A stretch of 64,000 nucleotides of DNA. Source: Lama glama. Its lineage: Eukaryota. The position numbers and the translations under genes are program-made. Every line of letters starts with the position of its first letter. The first letter of the stretch is position 1. This document shows positions 24,480-38,224 of the stretch, one piece after another. The DNA lies in assembly GCA_028534125.1 (NCBI GenBank), contig CM052817.1:11596001-11660000 (forward strand), given 5' to 3'. The notes beneath the pieces were generated by a model, which did not search any database, was not told where the DNA came from, and was given only the letters and a program-made list of their open reading frames with translations.

Positions 24480-25270
24480 GGCACACTCACTTATGTGCCA
24501 GGCAGTGTGCTAAGCTTTACAGGGTGGACAAGGATGGAAGGGCAAGTGTTTGCCTTCAAGAAGCTTTCAGTTTTGTAAGGCAGATAAAGCATATGCATCA
24601 ATAACTGTAACTAAAGTTAAGATGAGATATTGCTATTCTAGGATTATGAAAACAAAATGCTGAGGGCGGTCAGAAGGTAGGTGAATCAGTTTCAGATGGG
24701 ATTTGGAGGAACTTCTCTGGGAGAAGTTATATTTCAACTGATGGTAACTTATTCTTCTTTCAAGAGTCCTCTGAAAGGCCTTCTCTTTTGAGGGAGGCTC
24801 CCCTGATTCCCCAAACAAATGGATGTTTCTTCCCTTGTGTTTCCCTAGAAGTCATACCTAACACTTATTGAATACTTATTATGGGCCAGACATGCACTGG
24901 CCTAAGCGCCAAGAAGGTATTATTGCTTTTGATCTTCACAGTTATCCAATGGAGTTGATGCTATTACCCCCGTTGTATCAAGGGGGGAGCAGAGTATGAG
25001 TAACTTGCTTTATTTATAGTAAAAGTGCCCCAGATCCTGATCTAGGTGATTTGACCCCAGAACTTGTGCACTGACCTATCACATCTGACTGCTCTTCCAA
25101 TAAAGTCTATTTACATCCTCATTTAAGAACTTTACTGTATGGTTATTATCTATACATAGATGAGTCTCCTTTGAGTTAGTTTTGTAAGGTAGTGTTCAAC
25201 TTTGCAAACAGTCTTTAGCCCAGTGTTTGGTCTTAGTAGTTCCTCAATAAATGCTTTCTGAGTGAATGAA
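24480..25270. mobile_element. Cluster of L2 fragments (both orientations) with an antisense MIR at about 24860-25080
   Basis: TATGTGCCAGGCAGTGTGCTAAG; ACACTTATTGAATACTTATTATGGGCCAG; CTCAATAAATGCTTTCTGAGTGAATGAAT. Confidence 0.6.
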
Positions 25271-25299
25271 TATGGTTGCTTCCATAGTGCTTGGCATTG

Positions 25300-25770
25300 T
25301 AGGAGGGAAATTACAAAGTGAGTCCACCTAGGAGACTCCACCAGGACAGCAGAAATCATTAAATATTTAGAACAGAGGAAATTTAATGCATAAAATTGGT
25401 TACACAGGCAACCAATTTGGAGGGGCTAGAAAGTCAATGTGTAATGTGGTAACCTTGAGCTTAGCAATGGCAGGAAGCCCTTATTGGGCAGAAGGGACAC
25501 ACTGAAGAGGTGGAGACTGAAACCATGCCAGCCCTGTGCAGAGGGGATCTCACTGCTGGACAAGCAGCCTGAGGCAGAGAGGGAGGGCAAAGTCTACCCT
25601 GCTTCTCTTTCTTCCTGGCTTTGAATGTCTTTCTGTTAAATTGTACTGACTTTCACAGATGCCTGGAAACAGCCTGCAAGAGTCATTGTCCATGTGACAC
25701 AGAGCAGAGCAGGTGGGAGGGAGGGGTGAGGATTAGATCTGAGGCCAGACAAATCCAGGAGTGGCACACA
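25300..25770 (-). mobile_element. Old LTR (LTR78/79-like), family uncertain
   Basis: AACAGAGGAAATTTAATGCA...AATTGGTTACACAGG near one end and GCAGAGCAGGTGGGAGG...GATCTGAGG...GGCACA at the other. Confidence 0.45.
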
Positions 25771-25805
25771 GTGGGTTTTGGGATCAGCAAAATGTGGGTT
25801 GAAAC

Positions 25806-26237
25806 TGTGGTATACTGCAAAAATGATCTCTCAAGGGTAGAGTCTCTTTCTCTCCTCCGGACTTGAATCTGGGATGGTTTTGAGCTTGGGTTTGGCCAGC
25901 GGAGAGTAGTAAATGTAATGCAAGTGGAAGATCAAAAGTGTATGCACATTCTGACTTGTCCTCTCTTGTGATGCAAAAAGCCTTGAGGCTGCCTGGTGAA
26001 TGAGACTGAGCTAGCCTCTGGATAATGGGAAGCCACATGGATGGGAACCCAGGTCCCCCAGCCAACTGACCCAACAGCTGACCCAGCAGCTGACTGCAGA
26101 GACATGAGTGAGGCCCAGTTGAGATCACTTGAGCCCAGTCCAAACTCTGACCTACAGATGTATGAACTAAATAAATGGTGGTTATTTTGAGCCACTAAGT
26201 TTTGGGATAGTTTGTTATACAGCAGAACTAACTGACG
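25806..26237 (+). mobile_element. MLT1G/H-like MaLR solo LTR
   Basis: TGTGGTATACTGCAAAAATG...CATGAGTGAGGCC...AATAAATGGTGGTTATTTTGAGCCACTAAGTTTTGGG...TTTGTTATACAGCA. Confidence 0.8.
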
Positions 26238-26239
26238 GA

Positions 26240-26432
26240 TAATCCCAGCTCTGCTACTTACTAGCTACTTTGTGCAAATTGTTTCATCTTGAAGCCTCAT
26301 TTTCTTTCTTTGTGACATGGATACACCAACAAGATATCACAGGACAACTGGGAAGATTTAATGAAAAAGTACATGTAAAATAGAGCCACAATGCTGAGCA
26401 CATTGTGAGTGCTCAGTAAGCTGTAGCTTTTA
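26240..26432 (+). mobile_element. MIR
   Basis: AATCCCAGCTCTGCTACTTACTAGCT...GCCTCATTTTC...GAGTGCTCAGTAA. Confidence 0.7.
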
Positions 26433-27489
26433 TAATGACAGTTTCAGGCCTTTCCAGCTTGTGTGCTTTGTCTAATTGTTGACTCTTTCTGTGTGAGAAA
26501 ATGAAGAGGTTATTGCTTAACAGGGCACGGATCGACACAAATGTTTTATTAAGAAGCTGTCTTAATTTTCCTGCTGGCATGAGGCAAATGAAGAGGGCAG
26601 ATATTCTGTTAATTAAAATTTTAAAAGTACATAATTCTTTCTTTGGCGGAAGTCTGTTTGTAAGTCTGCAAAGCTAAATCTCTGAAACAGATAATATTCA
26701 CAAAGGTGTGGCTCGAATAACAATTGTGATTCAGACAGAATGTACATTTGTATTAGAGACATTGTGGATAAGATTATGTCAAAAAGTGCAGGATAATAAA
26801 TCACTGAAACTCATTAGTTCACGTAAAATCAACGTGCATTGCCATATTCCAGATGCTTGATTACGATTCTTTAATATAACGAGTTGCCAATTCCTTCCTC
26901 TAGAGAAGGATTGACAGATTGTAATGCAATCTGTTGATGTTCTTTGACCGCGATTCTCTGTCATTGTCACCAGTGCTAAGGAACTGGAATCCTAAACACA
27001 GGCTTTGCTGAGGGAACTGTATGTCAATGCTGGGTGTTGGGGCCATTCCCACTGATATTAGGAAATATAGACTATCAGCTAAAGAGCGAGAATTGAGGAG
27101 CTTCAAAAAAGGAGCAGAAACTGGCTAAGAATATCACACAGAGGAGCCAACAATTAAATTACAGTGTGCATTTTACAGAACAAGATGTCTTCAAAGGAGA
27201 CAAAGGAAAGCTGGTAAAAATGAATTATAGGGAGATTAAAAGACCATAAAACCTCCAGTTTGTTGAAGCTTGTATCTTTAAATCCTTGGACAGAGATGAG
27301 GCTGGGGAGAAGAGGTTTGATGTGGCTTGGAAGGTAAGAGTGCCTTTGAAATAAATAAGAGAGATCACAGGGGGAGGAATAAACTCACAGGTCATAATGC
27401 TGTTGATTTCTGGTTAATAAATATAGTTGCTTTCAGCTGATTTTTAGATCTTTTTTTATTTACTCAGGTTATAAAAATAGTACATGCTC

Positions 27490-27725
27490 ATAGGCAGAAG
27501 TATGGCACAGTGATAGAGATCTGGTGTCAGCCTGCCTGTGCTTAAATCCTTCCTAGCTGTGGGATCTGAAGAAAGTTAGTTCACCTCTCTAAGCCTTATG
27601 TCTATAACAGGGATAATGGTAGCATTTACTTCATATGCTTGTTTTGAGGATAAAGTGAGATAAAGCATAGAAAGTGCTTAGAACAGTGCCTGCCAAGTAG
27701 TAAACACCCCACAATTATTAGTTAC
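27490..27725 (+). mobile_element. MIR, near full length
   Basis: GTATGGCACAGTG...CTAGCTGTG...AAAGTGCTTAGAACAGTGCCTG. Confidence 0.75.
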
Positions 27726-28049
27726 TGGAGAAAATCTGGATGAGACAGCAAAGATAATAAATAAGAAAAAATATCGCTTATCACCCAGAAAGCAACTACC
27801 ATTAATATTTTGATTTATTTCCTTTTGGAGTTCATGTCTTTTTAAAAGGATATTGGTGAACTCAGACAAATGCAGAGAGGACGGGACTCTATATTACTTA
27901 GGAGAATTTTTTTAGGGAGAAAAATAGAAAATGATATTGATTAAGTCAAATGAAAACAGTTTGTGTACTATAGCAGGTAGGGTTTTAAAAGAAGGCCTAA
28001 CTTCAGAAGACTCATTGGGATTGAAGAGTAGTTTTTATAAGTCATAGAA

Positions 28050-28725
28050 AAGCTGGATTTGAACATCTGCCATATTGCAAAATGTGGAGAGTTTGATAAT
28101 ATTCAGTGTGGGGGAAAGGATGTATTTAAACACTGTTTTTGAGAGTGCAGAATGGTACACTCTTTTAGGAGGGCTCTTTGGCAATGTCTAAGTACATTTT
28201 TTAATGTACATACTCTTCAGACCCAGCAATACCATGTTTGAGTCTGTTCAAAACAGGGCATGCGCAAGAATGTTCCTAATGGCATTGTTAGCAATAATAA
28301 AAGATTAGACACAATCTAAATGTCTCTTAAAAAGGGAGTAAAAATGATAAACAATGTATTTTCATACTATGAAATACTATGCAGAAATTAGAAAAAGCGT
28401 GGTATGTCTACATGTAATGACTTCGTAAGAATACCATAACATATTAAGGGGCAAAGGCCAATTGTAGAATAATATATATAATAGCATTTATGTTAGAACT
28501 AAAAACAGAATTATAAATTTCTATGAGTAGATGATGTGAAATTGATTAGAAAACAATGACAACAACCTGAAAACAAACTGATAGTCCTTGCCTCCAAGTC
28601 AGGGAGGCGCCGAGGAGGGGAAAACTCAGAGAGGGTTCCATGTTGTCTGTATTGCTTGAATTATTTATGAGGAGAAGACAGTCCTGTATTTTTTGTGCCA
28701 CTATTAATAAGTGGAAAAGATTAAA
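28050..28725 (+). mobile_element. Old L1ME-like 3' region
   Basis: GACCCAGCAATACCA, CAAGAATGTTC...GCATTGTT, ACAATCTAAATGTC, CATACTATGAAATACTATGCAG. Confidence 0.7.
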
Positions 28726-29164
28726 CATTTACACGAATGTCAGTGTGAATTTATGTTAGGATATGATAGGATTTTTAAAGAAGTAAATGGCACTTTTGAT
28801 AGTTAGGATGTATTTTCAGAGATAAATCTAATTTTGTAAAAGGCATTGTAAACCATATTTGGCATAATTTGGCAAGTTCCTTTATGAATGAATAGAAAAA
28901 CACTCAAATGTAAGATAGGTTTTTTTCGGTTCTCATTCAGACATCCTACTTTATCTTCACTAAGACTTTTTTTTTGTTTGCTTTTTTTTAAGCGTCAGAA
29001 GTACTGGCTTGATTAAATTTTTGCAAGATGAAGACTTTCAGGATTTTAATAACAGTCATTTGGAAGTTGAGAATACAAGGGACACATGGGTGCTTTTCAG
29101 CTGGGCTCTTGGCTTTCTCATCTGGTTTGCCAATTTCTTTCAGGAATTTCGAGGAATCCACCAG

Positions 29165-29784
29165 GATACACTTATGTATTGCAAAATGATTACCACTGTA
29201 GCATTAGCAAACACTTGTGTCACACCACTTAGTTATCATTTTTTTTTTGTGGTAAGGAATTTAAGATCTATTCCCTTAGCAATTTTCAAGTATACAATAT
29301 GATATTGTTAACTATAATCATTATGCTGTACACTAGTTCCTCAGAACTTATTCATCTTATAACTGGAAGTTTATACTCTTTGGCCAACATCTTCCTTTTC
29401 CCCTCACCTTACAGCTCCTGGTAACCACCATTACAGTCTCTCTTTTTTTTTTTTTATAAGTTAGGCTTTGTTAAATTCCACATATAATTGATATTATCTA
29501 GTGTTTATCTTTCTTTGTCGGACTTATTTCACTTAGCATAATGCCCTCAAGGTCCATCCATGTTGTGGCAAATGAAAGAATGACCCTCTTTCTCATCGCT
29601 GAATAATGAATGATATTCCACTTTATACATATTAGGTTGTTTCCATATCTTGGCTATTGTGGATCATGTTCAAAGAACGTGGGAACAGATCTCTTTAAGA
29701 TCTTGATTTCATTTCTTTTGGAAATATATCCAGAAATGAGATTTCTGGATCATATGTTAGTTCTACTTTAACTTTTTTTAGGAA
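29165..29784 (-). mobile_element. L1MA-like 3' end
   Basis: GTATTGCAAAATGATTACCAC, CTTATTTCACTTAGCATAATGCCCTCAAGGTCCATCCATGTTGT, CTGGATCATATG. Confidence 0.85.
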
Positions 29785-29792
29785 ATATAGGC

Positions 29793-29910
29793 CAGTGGTT
29801 CTTAAAGTGTGGTCCCTAGAATAGCATCTGCATCACCTGGAACTGAATGCAAATTCTCAGTCCCCTCCTCAAAGCTGACTTAGATGCACACTGAAGCATG
29901 AAAACCATTG
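29793..29910. mobile_element. MER5A-like hAT MITE, internally deleted
   Basis: CAGTGGTTCTTAAAGTGTGGTCC...GCATCACCTGG...AAAACCATTG (terminal inverted repeats). Confidence 0.75.
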
Positions 29911-32179
29911 TCTTAGATAGTAAACCTTTTGAAGGCAGGAGCCATTGCATTGCCTGGGTCCTCGCTCAGGCCTTATATATTAGGTGCTATCTTAACTCAG
30001 TGAGTGGGCAAGTTTGGGAGCTGTAGATGTAGCAGGAGAGGTATTTGTAAGTTACAGAGATCAGTATGATGAACAGCCAACCATGGAGGTACTGATGAGC
30101 ACCTATATTGGGAGATGAAAAGCAGGGCGATATGATCTCGGTTTTCATCAAGTAAAAAGTCTACTTGGGAGGGGAAAATAAATCTATGAAATTCATATAT
30201 TTGGAGGCCAATAAAAGACAGCACTTTTCTTATTTCTGATACCAAGTTCAGAAAAATAGGAGTGTTTGATGGGTTGAATCTGAATGTTTCATTCATTGGC
30301 CTATTTAGTGAATTATAGATTTGTAGATTATTATACATTGCTTCTAGGAAGCCAATAAAGGTTAAATAAAATTAACATATTTTAAAACACCAATTTGACT
30401 ACCATTATCCTGCTTCAAGTTTTTTTAAACTATGTGTTCACTTTAACAGTGATTTTTGAGCATTGAAATTTAAAAACACAAACCTTCCTTCAATTATTCA
30501 TTTGTTCATTTTTTCACAAGAATATCTGATAATTTATCATATGTCAGGCAAATAATAATTTTCCAAATGTGAGTAACAGTCCTCAAAGTGCTGAATTTAA
30601 AAAATGTAAATACTATGTAATAAAATCCTTCTTTGCCTCAAGTGGAATTGCTCACTCATGTAATCAGTCCCCTTATATAGAGAAGATCTGGTGGTTATGT
30701 AATAAATTTCAATCATAAGGTCAAACAGGATAGCTGATGCAGCAGAAGTTGGTTTCCTGGATCAAAGGATCTGGTTTTGTTGTCCACAAAGATCAAAGAA
30801 ATGGAGAATTGCCAGCTAGCTACTTCATTTTGTGTTGGGTGGACATAGCCAGAGATGGACAAGGAATCTGAGATTTAAAAGGCAGCATGATTTCAAAGAC
30901 AGGAATGACACTGGGGGAATGAATGCAGCATCATGTGGGAGAGCATTGACTACACAAGGCCAGATGCAGCTGGGGTGACAGACAAGAAAGACCAACTTCC
31001 TGAGGCTCTGGGAGGGTCAGGGGGCCTGCTGGGAAATGGCATGGGGGACACTTGCCAAGCAGACTTCTGGGAAAAAGTCCTCCACATGAAAAGTCTGTAT
31101 TGTGCTGCTGAAACCAGTAGATGCAGTGTGAAACAGTAGGTTTAAATGAATCTTCTGTGTTCTCAGCTTTGGCACTTTTAAACTGTCACTTAGAGTTAGT
31201 ATCTGGGAAACCTGGCTTTGGATTTTACTAGGGATGGAGAATCCAGGACTGTTTTTAGGTGGAGAGATGAGACAGAAATCCCAGGTTGTTCAGGGTTCCA
31301 GACTGTGATCTCCACCAGTGTGGGTTTAGGTCCAGCTCACCTTTGCGTTCAGGGGCCTGCCCCGAACTCAGCTTGGTGAAGGTCACTGAAAGTTGTTGGT
31401 TGCCTGCATCTCTCATTTCATCATTGCTCGTCAGATAAAGACCCCTCGTGAGCGAACTCTCCTCAGAGCTGGAAGGACCAAGATAATCTGAGAAAAGGCG
31501 CTTGTTTCTACTGAGATACTTTCCTCCTGGAATCTCATCTTTAAAATTTAATAATACATACCTGACCGTTAGAGCAACAGGTTTTAAAGAACCTTAAAGA
31601 GTTTTTTGTTTGTTTTTTTTTTTTACAAATACAGCTTCTTGCAAGGCACGTACTGATTAGTTTAACATCTATTAAAGTCATGAGTTTTTTTTTAACTTTA
31701 AGAAAAACTGGGGGAAGAATCTGATTAGATCATATAAACTCTACTCCTCCCACCCCGTTCGAATACCCTGATGCCAGTTTGGCACGTGGCCTGAGGGAAG
31801 AAAATCTGAAAGACTGAAAATTGTTTCGAATTATCTAAGAAGACACTAAGATACCCAAATAAAATAACAAACACAAATGTCTCTCTCGGCCTCTCCCTCT
31901 CGCCCCTCTCCCTCCAATCTTTAATTAAATGTTAGGGTAGGGGGAACCTGGCCTGTGCTCCTTGGATAGTCTTGAGTCAGTTAAGTAGGAAGTTTTTTTT
32001 TTGCGTTTTCTAGCTCTAACTCCCCATCTTGCTCTCTGCCCTTCTCTTCATCAGAAAGACCAGACTAATGAGGCATGGGGGCCACACAAGGGACTTAAAC
32101 TTCCTACAATAGACATTACTGTGCCATCTCAGTAGAGGTAGTTTATAGAATTGCCTGCTTTCTCTTATCCCTTCTCTGC

Positions 32180-33340
32180 ATGTCCTTCTTCAAATCGCAG
32201 CTCAAATGTCACCTCTCCTAGAAACCTTTACTCCCCGAGGCAGAATTTCGCCTCTGGGTAAATTGTATTATAATGATGTGTCTTCATGTCTGTCTTCATG
32301 ACTGTGCTGCAAGTATAAATACATCACCTTTTGATTTACTGTTTAATCCCTAGTAATGAGTAAGAGTCTGACCTAAAGAAAATGTTCAATATATTGAATG
32401 ACTAAATTACCCATGCCTTGAAGTATCTGCATTGGGAACTGAGACTCTTCCAGGCTCGACTTTGAAAGGGACATTGCAAGCACAGAATGAAAGATCCATG
32501 GAATGTTAAGATCTTGCCATTATTCCTGAGATATGTCTTGAGCCCAGCAGTTAAGTGGAGATCAGACTAGTTTAAAGAGCTCCATGCTACAGAAGATCAA
32601 CTGCTACAGAAGGGACTAATTAAAGTGATTCTATTGTCCCATTATCTTGGGATAGTTGAATGAGTAAGAAATCTAATGACATATTTATACAATGCTTTGT
32701 AGCTTATGAGTCCTTTCTCAAGTTGATCTCACTTGATACTCAGAAACACTGTGAAGCAGGCATAGATTTTTATTCATATTTTAGAGAGTTCAGAAATGGT
32801 GAATGACCTACCTAGGTCACACAGTTTGGTGATTTCTTCACTCCATTTTGGCTCTGAAGAGGTGCCATCTCATTGTATCTGTCTGAGCATAGCCACCATG
32901 TTGTCCCTGTGGTAGAATACTAAGAACTGGCAGTGATCAAATTCCTATTTTGTGCCAGGTAGTGGGTTAAGCACTGTGCATTGATTTACTTAATGCTTAT
33001 AAAGTGCATTATTACTACCCCCATTTCATAGATGCGGAAATCAAGGCATAGAGCAGTTAATCAACTCCACAGTCGCTAAATAGGCAGGCAATCTGGCTTC
33101 AGAGAATGCATCCTTAACCACTGATACATTATTTTGCAATAATGAAGGTTCTAAAATTAGACCACCAAGCCTAAAATACTGGCTGATACTCTTGTTAACT
33201 GGGCACCCTTGGCCAAGAAACATAGCCTCTCCAAGCTTCAGTTTTCTGTTCCTAAAATAAGATTAAAAATAAAGCTAGAAATAAAAGGATGAAATATGCC
33301 TGGCATATAGTAAATGCTCCACAATTGTTAGTTGTTACTG
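32180..33340. mobile_element. Mixed L2 and MIR fragments
   Basis: CAGCTCAAATGTCACCTCT (L2); CCCATTTCATAGATGCGGAAA and GCCTGGCATATAGTAAATGCTC (MIR). Confidence 0.55.
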
Positions 33341-33669
33341 GTTGTAGATATTTTGTTATCTATCCCTAGATGACTTGATGTTAGGCAGTCATAGAAAATC
33401 ATTGCTAGAACTTTGAGAGTTTGAGTAATGAAATCAGAACATAACAGCTGAGAACACAGTCGTGTAATTTACTCAAAAGAGACAATGACTCGCAGGCTAC
33501 CAAAACCTGATCATAGCTTAACCAGTAGGATATTGGAATATGAGGATGGAAGAGCAAAGGTCAAAGAAAGACCAAAAAAAAAAATGTTTTGAAATGCAGC
33601 ATTTGGGTATATGTGTCCAATACTGTCCAGGGGAGAGGATGACCTGTGCTCCTGTCTGGGTGCTTGGAG

Positions 33670-34552
33670 GGTATATCAAGTCAAGGTTAAGTATGACTGT
33701 GTAAAATAGCAATCTGACTCCCATGGATTAACCTGAGGGGAGATTTATTTTCCTGTCATATTAAGTCTGGTGATAGATCATCTGGGGCTGCTACCACCAG
33801 AGAGCCTGTCTCCTTCCATGTCTCTGCTCTGCCAGCCTCTGCGGTCATCTTCATGGCTGCCCCATGGTAATAAAATGGCTGCTCTTCCTGTGTCTTCTTA
33901 TCTGCATGTAGGAAGAAGGCAGAAGGCAGAAGAAAGAAGGAATGGCATCTATACATGGAAAGGAAAAATTTTCCAAAAATTCCAAGCAGACTTCTGCTTG
34001 TATATCATTGACCAAAATTGTGTCACGAGGAGCTATTCAAAAGGAAAAAAGCATGGCAAATAGATATCGAGTAAGCAATTGTACAGCAGTTTTGTCCTCC
34101 TAGATCCACTCTCCAACCTTTCCTGTCCCTTCTGCCCTGGAAGCTGTCCTGTGTGGATTACATCAAGTTCCTGGAATTTTGGTTTCCAGTTTGGTTTGGC
34201 CAGTGGGAGTCCAGGAAGGGGGCTGGAGGGAATGAAGAGACGGAAGTTGGGGTATATTTCCTCAGTTCCCTTCTTAAAAGATTACCCAGACATAACTATG
34301 TCTTTGACCAGAGATTATAGGCCCTCTTTAATGACACTCTTTACAAACTCATTTTCTAGGTTCCAGTGGCTGTTCCCTCCCCCATGTCTTTAGACTTACT
34401 GGGTTGTAACAGCCCAGGCTCATGCACTTTCCCCCACCATTTTCATACGTTTGTAAATAGTGCTTTTATTAAACTCTCTTTAAATCATCCTAATTTGCAT
34501 GTGTACCATCAGTTTCCTGGAAAAAAATGAGAATAATCATTAGTGTCTGCCA
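33670..34552 (-). mobile_element. Old MaLR (MLT1J/K-like) LTR interrupted by LTR33
   Basis: AAAATGGCTGCTC, CAGACTTCTGCTTGTATATCATTGACCA, ending AGTGTCTGCCAC after the LTR33. Confidence 0.6.
34080..34520 (+). mobile_element. LTR33-like ERVL solo LTR
   Basis: AGATCCACTCTCCAACC...TGCCCTGGAAGCTG...GATTACATCAA...TTTGGCCAGTGGGAG; TTTGTAAATAGT...TTTATTAAACTCTC. Confidence 0.8.
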
Positions 34553-34894
34553 CCAAGGGCACATTACAATGGTAGAAAAGAGTGTATCAAAGCATTATGG
34601 TGAATGCTGTCAATTATTTAGCCAATATTTATTGAACAGCCGTGTATCAGAACATGATATTAAATAAAAATCCAATTCTTTGTCCTCAAGTAGCTCACAG
34701 TTTACATCACACAACTTACTCCCCTTGCTTAGTGTCCAAACTTGTCAAGTCAACTCTAAATTATAACTTGGCTTTTTGTGTAGCTTTCCCATAGGGGTCA
34801 AATTTACTTTTCAAAGTCCATTTTCAAGGTCCAATTGACTAATAATTATATTCTTAGTGAAAATTAAGGCATATAGAATGGTAACAGATAGCAT

Positions 34895-35100
34895 GGATTT
34901 TGGAATCAGGCAGATTCAAAACTCAGCAGATGTGTAACCTTGGACAGGTTATATGATCTCTGTGGACTTGAGTCACTTTACCCATACATGGAGCTAAATT
35001 GCATTTGCATCCTCTGACTGCTGTGAAGACAGAAGGAGATTGTGTCCACAAAGCTCTTAGCTCAGTGTCAATAAAGAAATGGCAGCTATTCTAGTTTCTA
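34895..35100 (+). mobile_element. MIR
   Basis: GGATTTTGGAATCAGGCAGA...TGTGTAACCTTGGACAGGTTA. Confidence 0.6.
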
Positions 35101-36139
35101 TATTACTTTCTTGTGAGTATGTTTGGTACAAGCTATTCTGAAATGAATGACTGTCTTTTGAGAAACAATTGAGTTCTTACATACAAAACCTAGGAACAGA
35201 CCCTGGTCTGTGATGACTTTATCCGGATAATGTTACCAAGGAAGGCTCTCTCTAGGCAACCTGCAAGTTAGTCTCAGTCCTCTGCTTTGCCTGAGGATGT
35301 CATCCACGTTGACAGGAAAGTCCCAGTCCTTCAAAGTTTGGAGTCTGGAGACTAGATCAGGAACTGTAGTTCCAGCAGGCAAGGCAAAGTACGATGTCCA
35401 GGGCAAGGACAGATTATTGGAAGGACCAGGCAGAGGCCCTAGGGCCAGGCAGGCCCCAGGCAGGGGGCTGTTTGAGTTCAGGTGAGTCAGAAAGTGAGGA
35501 AAACATCAAACCGTGTAGATGAGCTCTACTCAGGGCACAGGAATGCGGAAGCCTAGGAAAAATGCCCGCCAGCCAGGAGACACCAGGCAGAAGACTCCCC
35601 TGCTCTCTGTTTCCTGCTCTGGCATAGGCAGGCATATTCAAAGATGTGTAATTTTAGCCAGAGGGACAGAATTGAGAAGGTATAGTTTAGAGTCTGATCA
35701 AAATAGGGAGAGAGGATTTGGGAATTCCAGAATTTCTCCCACTGAGACCTTGATTAGTTAAAACTGTTCTGAAAGAATCTAGAAAGAATTTCTTCCCATT
35801 TGACTATTGAATTCTCATACTCAAAAGCTGGAAATAATTCCAAGAGTCTTTCATCATTAAGAATCCGAAGGATAAACAGCATTATACTACTACTTTCTTG
35901 TGTGGTTCTGATTATACATTGTTTTTGACTTAATAATACCTTATGATTCCACAGCACATTACAGTTTTCAAAATGTTTTTACCTGGATGATCTAATTCAA
36001 TCCTTATAGTAATGTAGTGAGGTAGTTACTATTATCTGTTATTTTCACTGTGTTGTAGGTTCACCTCAGTTCAATTCCGCTGAACATTTACTGAGCACCT
36101 ACTATGTGTCTGCCATTCTGCTAGGTGCTGGGGCTTGGC

Positions 36140-36599
36140 ATCTTTCACACATGAATGAAGACCACCTAAATAGAGCAAGCAAAGGTTATTTATTCAGAGC
36201 TTGCTATAACAAAGGAGTCAGCACCATCACTTGTGTTTAGCAACCCTAGATGGCAAGCAGAGGAGTGGGAAATTGTATGGTGAAAAAAGAGGAAGGTTTG
36301 AGTTATGCCCCGACTGATGGCTGTTGTCATGAGGAAGCTCAAGGTGGGCTATCTGGATGCAGGGCAACCTGTGTTGTTAGTTGCTGAAGCATAATTGGCT
36401 TTTTCTGGTTGGCCCTAAGTTGTAAGTGGGGCCAAAAATTAGGGAAGCTGTCAGTTACTGATCAATAATTGTGGGCAGATTGCTACAAAGGTTGTGGTCT
36501 AATTTCTTGGACTGGTTGCTGCAGAAGTTGTCAGTCACTGTTTTTTTTCTTTTTCTGTCGATGGTCTGGCTATCATCTGTTTGTTTGCTCAGTTTCTCA
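36140..36599 (-). mobile_element. MER90-like ERV1 solo LTR
   Basis: Reverse complement begins TGAGAAACTGAG...GCCAGACCAT...CTGCAGCAACCAG...ACCACAACCTTTGTAGCAATC; reverse polyA signal TTTATT at about 36189. Confidence 0.75.
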
Positions 36600-37309
36600 A
36601 GAGTGTGGGTGACACATAACAATTTGAGAGCATGGATTTTGGAGTCAGACAGATTAGCATTCAAATGAATGCCCCAGGTGTGTAATCTCAGGCAAGTTAC
36701 GTCATCTCTGTAGATCTGAGTAGCCTTACTTGAGGCTACTTATCTGCCCGAGGGGATGAAGAAACTGGGGCAACCAGATCTTTGACCAACTTACCTGGAG
36801 TCATGAAACAAGAGGAGTGAAGAGCTGGAGTTTAATTTGGATTTTCCAGTTCTGTCTAGTGCTCTTGCTAATCACAACTTTCAGAGTCTATAATTCACTT
36901 TGGTGAAGAGGTGAGCACAGATCTTTCTCTTGGTATAGTAGCAGTGCGCTTCAGAGCGTAAGTAAAAATTTCTCCTTGCATCTTCTATCTGTGAAGCTGT
37001 AGATGATAATCAGTGGGACTCTTTATCTGCACTAAAAACTTGACAAGAGAAGCCTGGTACAACAGCAAAGATGCTTCAGAGCCTGCTTCAGAATTAGGTC
37101 TCCGATTTACCAGCCCTAGGCTTCCTTTGGGGGGTTACATGACTGTTTTCTGTCTTCCCAGAAGACTCTCATTTCCGTTTTGGTTTTAATGTTTTGGTTT
37201 TACCACACTCCTGCTCCCTCAGCCATCCTTGGAAAGTTTGACAACTGTGTTGACCACTCAGAATATTATGGCTTCACGCTTACTATCTTTGTTCACTATG
37301 CAAAATTTA

Positions 37310-37735
37310 CCAGGCAATGACTAGGTATCAGGGACTGTCCTATGTTTGGGGAATACAGAGGGGAAAAGACAGTAGAAGTCCCTATGCTTGTAGTGTTAAC
37401 ACTCTAGTGGGGAAGCAGACAGGACACAGGTAAGTGAATGAATAAATATGTAATGTCAGATAGTTATAAGTGCTGTGAAAAAGACTGAAGTAGGTTAAAG
37501 GATGTAGAGTATTGTGTGTACATGTAATGTGTGCAGTTGCTTTAGGTAAGGTGTTCAAGGAAGATCTCTCCAAGGAGGTAACCTTTAATCCAAGGCTTAA
37601 ATGGAGAGAAGGAGTGAGCTGTGGAAGTTCTAGAGGGATACAATTCCAGGTAGCAAGAAGAGCAAGTGCAATTTCCTAGAGACCTTGATGTATTTGAGAA
37701 ATAACAAGAAGTCCTGCCAGACTAGACGGGTTAGT
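37310..37735 (-). mobile_element. L2 fragment
   Basis: CTCTAGTGGGGAAGCAGACA...ATAAGTGCTGTGAA...AAGGAGGTAACCTTTAA...AGCAAGTGCAA. Confidence 0.75.
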
Positions 37736-38224
37736 GAAGGGACTCCTGCAGCTATAGTTTAATAACCAAAATTTTAACTAGGAAAAGACATGTCAGTAAA
37801 TGCAGAAGGAGAACATTTGTTTGCAAGTCCCCTTTGTTAAAGGAAACACACATAATTGATGCCTATTATCTTTTTTAGTACCAAGGATGTATGTGGCTCT
37901 CCAACCCATTGCACCTTTCAATCAGGGATATTATGATGAGTTTTTGCCCTAACAAGCTTTAAGAAGAGTCGTGTTTTATTTTTGTTTTCTTGTGCTGTGT
38001 TTTTACATCTATATCCATGCCCTTGCCCTGAACTTGCATAATGCTTGTGTACTTGCAATTATATATTCAGTACAGAAGATTGAGGGCTACAGGGAGGAGC
38101 ATGACACGAGTGTGAACCATGCAGTAGACATGCTCTCCTTTCATCTGAGAAACGTTCTTTAATCCACATCAACTATGGAGTTTGAGTTAGAGTTGCCATA
38201 TTTTTATGGAGGTTCCCCCATCCT

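Noticed and set aside
30933..31139. 68-aa ORF with plausible composition (MWESIDYTRPDAAG...)
   Set aside because: No recognisable homology or convincing splice signals; length expected by chance
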